64,000 bases of DNA, from positions 11,106 to 75,105 of the forward strand of contig JACRMA010000137.1 in the NCBI GenBank assembly GCA_016235085.1. Reading direction: 5' to 3'. Below are positions 60,948 through 64,000 of this stretch, piece after piece; the stretch's first letter is position 1, and each line of letters opens with the position of its first letter. Source of the stretch: Candidatus Zixiibacteriota bacterium (GTDB lineage: Bacteria > Zixibacteria > MSB-5A5 > WJJR01). A program made the translations under genes and the position numbers. The notes below the pieces were generated by a model that made no database searches, was not told where the DNA came from, and was given only the letters and a program-made list of their open reading frames with translations.

Positions 60948-63900
60948 GCTTTGTCGAACGTCCGGTCCCGAAGCTCCTCCGACCGGTTGCGCAATTTCGC
61001 CAGGTACTTGGTGCGCGGTTTGACGTTCAGTTCTTCCAGCATCGCGTAGGAACGATGATGCTCATGCAATTTCGCCACGCGGCTCGTTTTGTCGTTCAAA
61101 TCCCCAAATACGATCGCCTGTGATGGGCAGGTCTGAGCGCACGCCGGAATGATTTCCCCGTCGGTGATCGGACGCCGGTCGTTCTTGGCTGTGATCTTGA
61201 CCGACTCGATCCGCTGGATGCAGTACGTGCATTTCTCCATCACACCGCGGCTCCGGACCGTGACGTCCGGGTTGTACATCATCTTGGCGACTTCAGGTGT
61301 GTCCTTATGGTAATTGAAGAAGTTGAATCGCCGGACCTTGTAGGGGCAGTTGTTCGAACAGTACCGTGTGCCAACGCACCGGTTGTAGACCATGACGTTC
61401 AAACCCTCGGCGTCATGCGTGGTGGCGGCCACTGGGCAGACCTGCTCGCACGGGGCATTCTCACAATGGTGGCAGGCGACCGGTTGGAACAGGACCGACG
61501 GGTGTTCGGGGTCGCCGGAGAAATACCGGTCGACGCGAATCCAGTGCATCTCGCGCCCACGGATGACATTCGCCTTGCCGACAATCGGAATATTGTTTTC
61601 CGCCTGACAGGCCACCATACAGGAACCGCAGCCGATACACGAGCTTAAGTCGATGGCCATTGCCCAGCGGTGGCCGTTGTAATCGTGTTCGGTCCAGAGC
61701 GAGACCAGCGGCGGATGATGGACACCCTCGCGTACAAAGTCCGGGTTCGAAATGAACGTCGAAAGCTCCGCTTCGCGAACCAGTTCGGGAATCCGGGATT
61801 GGATTTCCTTGATACCCACGGCGTCGATGGCATGATGATCGTGGGTGCAGGCGAGTTCGATCGTGGCGCCTGTTCTGGTGATCTTAACCCCGGAAGCGAG
61901 ATGGGGTGTTGCCGAATTTCTTAACGCATAGGCATTGACACCCACCCCATTGCCCACGCTGCCGCTGAACTTGCGGCCATACCCCAATGCGAGCGCGATC
62001 GTCCCGGCTGGATGTCCGGGGAGGACATACGCCGGCGCCTCAAGCGACTTGCCGCCAGCTCCAATTCGGACGACGTCACCATGGGACACACCGAGTTTCC
62101 GCGCTGTTGCCGGAGCAATCAAAGCGGCGTTGTCCCAGGTGAGTTTGGTCACCGGGTCGGGCATTTCCTGCAGCCAGCCGCTGTTGGCAAATCGGCCGTC
62201 GTAGACTTTGGTATCCGGCGTGAATACCAGTTCCAAGTCCTCACTCGCCGACGGAGTCGTTGAAGCCAGCCGTCCAAGCTCGTCAGAAATCGGCTGTGCA
62301 CTCAACTGAGGCATAACCGGGGGACTGGCGCTGCCATTCATCACCCCATCGTGGAGGAGACGGCGCCAGGCCACCTCGAAATCAAGGCCGCTCGTGAGCG
62401 GCTGCAAAGTGCGCCGGACAATATCGTAACCATTCGTCATTTGATCGCCGGTGACCATCGCCAACAGCTCGATTGGCGACTTGCCGCCATAGAGCGGCTG
62501 GATCAGCGGCTGAATGGGACTGATTGTGCCATCCCAGGCGCGTGTATCTCCCCATGACTCCAGGTAGTGCGCGCGGGGAAGATGCCACTGGCAAAGTTGT
62601 GAGGTCTCGTCGTCATAAAGTCCGAGATGAATGCTTGTTCCAACCTTCGACAGTGCTTCGGCGAAGTTCACATCCGTTGGGGCATTGTAGGCGGGGTTTC
62701 CGCCGAGAATCACCAAAGTCTGCACGCGACCCGCGCGCGCCTCATCGGTCAGCGGCCGAATCGATTCGGCGTCCGGCTTGCACATGGCATCGGGTTCATC
62801 AATGTAGGTGACGGTCGAGCCGACATTGCCCAGAATCGTGTTGATCAGATGGGCGACGGCATGAACAACGGCGGGCTGCCGCGGCCCAACCGTAACGATC
62901 GACTTGCCGCGATGCGCCAAAAGGTCGCGGGCCATGAACGGCGTAATCGCCGAACTGCTCGTGGAGGAACGGAACTGCTGCAACGCAGCTTCGAGCCCAC
63001 TTCCCGGCAATGGCAATGATCCGCCGGCTTGGGAATAGAGCTCGGCCGCCAGACGGCAGACTGCCGCTGGGATCTCGGATGCCCGCAGACCAACACGATG
63101 GTCGGCTGCCGCACCGGTCAATGACAGCACGCTCTCGATGGAAAAGAGCCGATTCATCTTCCCGTCCTCGGCTCGCCGTCCCGAGGCGAAATCCCGGGCG
63201 TAACGCACCGATTCTGGGTGAGTCAGCAGGAAGTCGGAATCGAAGGAGACAATGGCCTCGGCGCGATCAAATGCGTAGTTGGTGCGCAGCGGTTTGCCGA
63301 ACGCCAAATGCGCGCCGGCGCGTTCATTGTCGCGCGAAATCGGTTCGTAGGCAAGCCACTGTGCCTTGGGGAACGCCGACAGCAGACGCCCGCGCATGTC
63401 CAGAAGACTTGGCGAGTTCGATTCTTCGGCGAGAATGAAGAGGCCCGCGCCTCCGGCGGCGCGCAGGCCGGCAAAGTGGGAACGGGCAAAGCCCGCGAAA
63501 TCATCCCAACTCTGCGTCAATTCTTGGCCATGCTCGCGACGGACAAGGATCTTGCTGCGATCCGGGTCGTACATCTCAAGCAGGCTTGCCTGGTTGATGG
63601 CATCGCAAGCGCCGAGGCTTCCCGGATGAAGTGGGTTTCCTTCAATCTTGATTGGCCGGCCATCGAAGCTGGTGACGAGCAGGCCGCGACCGACCCCACC
63701 CAATTCCGACGACGTGGCAAATTGTTTGGTCTTGCCGGGGATGAATCCTTCGGGATTCCGGGCAAACGGCAGAATTTCTTCTTTGGGCCAGCGGCATCCG
63801 GCCATCCAAGCCAGCGCCAAGGACGCGCCCATCAGTTGCATGAACTTCCGGCGCGAAACGCCGCCGTCAGGCTCGGTCGCTCCGCCGGGGAATTCATCCT

Positions 63901-63991
63901 GCGCCCAACGCTGGAATTCGGGCGTATTGGCCAGTTCGTCCAGACTGCGCCAGTAGAACTGCTTGTTCTCTTGTGCTCTCAGCGATGACAT
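60944..63991 (-). CDS. actB: Alternative complex III subunit ActB (molybdopterin-oxidoreductase-like domain fused to a 4Fe-4S ferredoxin domain, Tat-exported)
   Basis: Tat motif [21 protein letters not shown]; C-terminal Cys clusters [20 protein letters not shown] and [18 protein letters not shown]; 1015 aa. Confidence 0.85.
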   Translation of the reverse strand: MSSLRAQENKQFYWRSLDELANTPEFQRWAQDEFPGGATEPDGGVSRRKFMQLMGASLALAWMAGCRWPKEEILPFARNPEGFIPGKTKQFATSSELGGVGRGLLVTSFDGRPIKIEGNPLHPGSLGACDAINQASLLEMYDPDRSKILVRREHGQELTQSWDDFAGFARSHFAGLRAAGGAGLFILAEESNSPSLLDMRGRLLSAFPKAQWLAYEPISRDNERAGAHLAFGKPLRTNYAFDRAEAIVSFDSDFLLTHPESVRYARDFASGRRAEDGKMNRLFSIESVLSLTGAAADHRVGLRASEIPAAVCRLAAELYSQAGGSLPLPGSGLEAALQQFRSSTSSSAITPFMARDLLAHRGKSIVTVGPRQPAVVHAVAHLINTILGNVGSTVTYIDEPDAMCKPDAESIRPLTDEARAGRVQTLVILGGNPAYNAPTDVNFAEALSKVGTSIHLGLYDDETSQLCQWHLPRAHYLESWGDTRAWDGTISPIQPLIQPLYGGKSPIELLAMVTGDQMTNGYDIVRRTLQPLTSGLDFEVAWRRLLHDGVMNGSASPPVMPQLSAQPISDELGRLASTTPSASEDLELVFTPDTKVYDGRFANSGWLQEMPDPVTKLTWDNAALIAPATARKLGVSHGDVVRIGAGGKSLEAPAYVLPGHPAGTIALALGYGRKFSGSVGNGVGVNAYALRNSATPHLASGVKITRTGATIELACTHDHHAIDAVGIKEIQSRIPELVREAELSTFISNPDFVREGVHHPPLVSLWTEHDYNGHRWAMAIDLSSCIGCGSCMVACQAENNIPIVGKANVIRGREMHWIRVDRYFSGDPEHPSVLFQPVACHHCENAPCEQVCPVAATTHDAEGLNVMVYNRCVGTRYCSNNCPYKVRRFNFFNYHKDTPEVAKMMYNPDVTVRSRGVMEKCTYCIQRIESVKITAKNDRRPITDGEIIPACAQTCPSQAIVFGDLNDKTSRVAKLHEHHRSYAMLEELNVKPRTKYLAKLRNRSEELRDRTFDKA

Positions 63992-64000
63992 GTCCAGCAG

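Overview
High-GC (~60-65% by eye) bacterial chromosomal segment. Gene content points to an FCB-superphylum-like organism: a T9SS C-terminal sorting domain remnant, DUF3857 and DUF5916 proteins, and an alternative complex III plus caa3 oxidase supercluster. Left to right the window holds: a 5'-truncated hypothetical ORF and an SNase-like nuclease; a 1193-aa secreted M16 peptidase; an arsR operon whose Aha1-like (SRPBCC) partner is frameshifted by a 31-bp tandem duplication; cysK; a quinone oxidoreductase; and a ~2.5 kb low-GC islet. The islet carries an AbiEi/AbiEii type IV toxin-antitoxin pair, a mosaic of tRNA-fMet-derived fragments and a GIY-YIG nuclease gene. Next come an HD hydrolase, a c-type cytochrome and a DUF2238-like membrane protein. 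A housekeeping block follows with purA, engB, clpX, clpP, tig and tRNA-Leu(UAG). After it: bacterioferritin, a fatty-acid desaturase, an MmgE/PrpD protein, and a minus-strand operon encoding a small secreted Cys-rich peptide, an NHL beta-propeller, a TlpA-like thioredoxin and a DUF5916 outer-membrane protein. The accessory cluster holds a 1533-aa dockerin-bearing surface protein and three tandem S8 subtilases; two of the subtilases end in a dockerin-like double Ca-loop plus PCNPC tail and the third in a similar PCEP tail, while the surface protein's dockerin ends differently. Then a saccharopine-dehydrogenase-family gene, two DUF3857 paralogs (one interrupted by an in-frame TGA), and finally ctaA-ctaB, cox IV/III/I/II, sco1 and actG-F-E-D-C-B. 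The candidates I would push as least described are the dockerin/CNPC-tailed protease cluster, the Cys-peptide/NHL/TlpA/OMP operon with an upstream G10 tract, and the tRNA-fMet fragment mosaic around the GIY-YIG gene. All coordinates derived by hand may be off by 1-2 nt.
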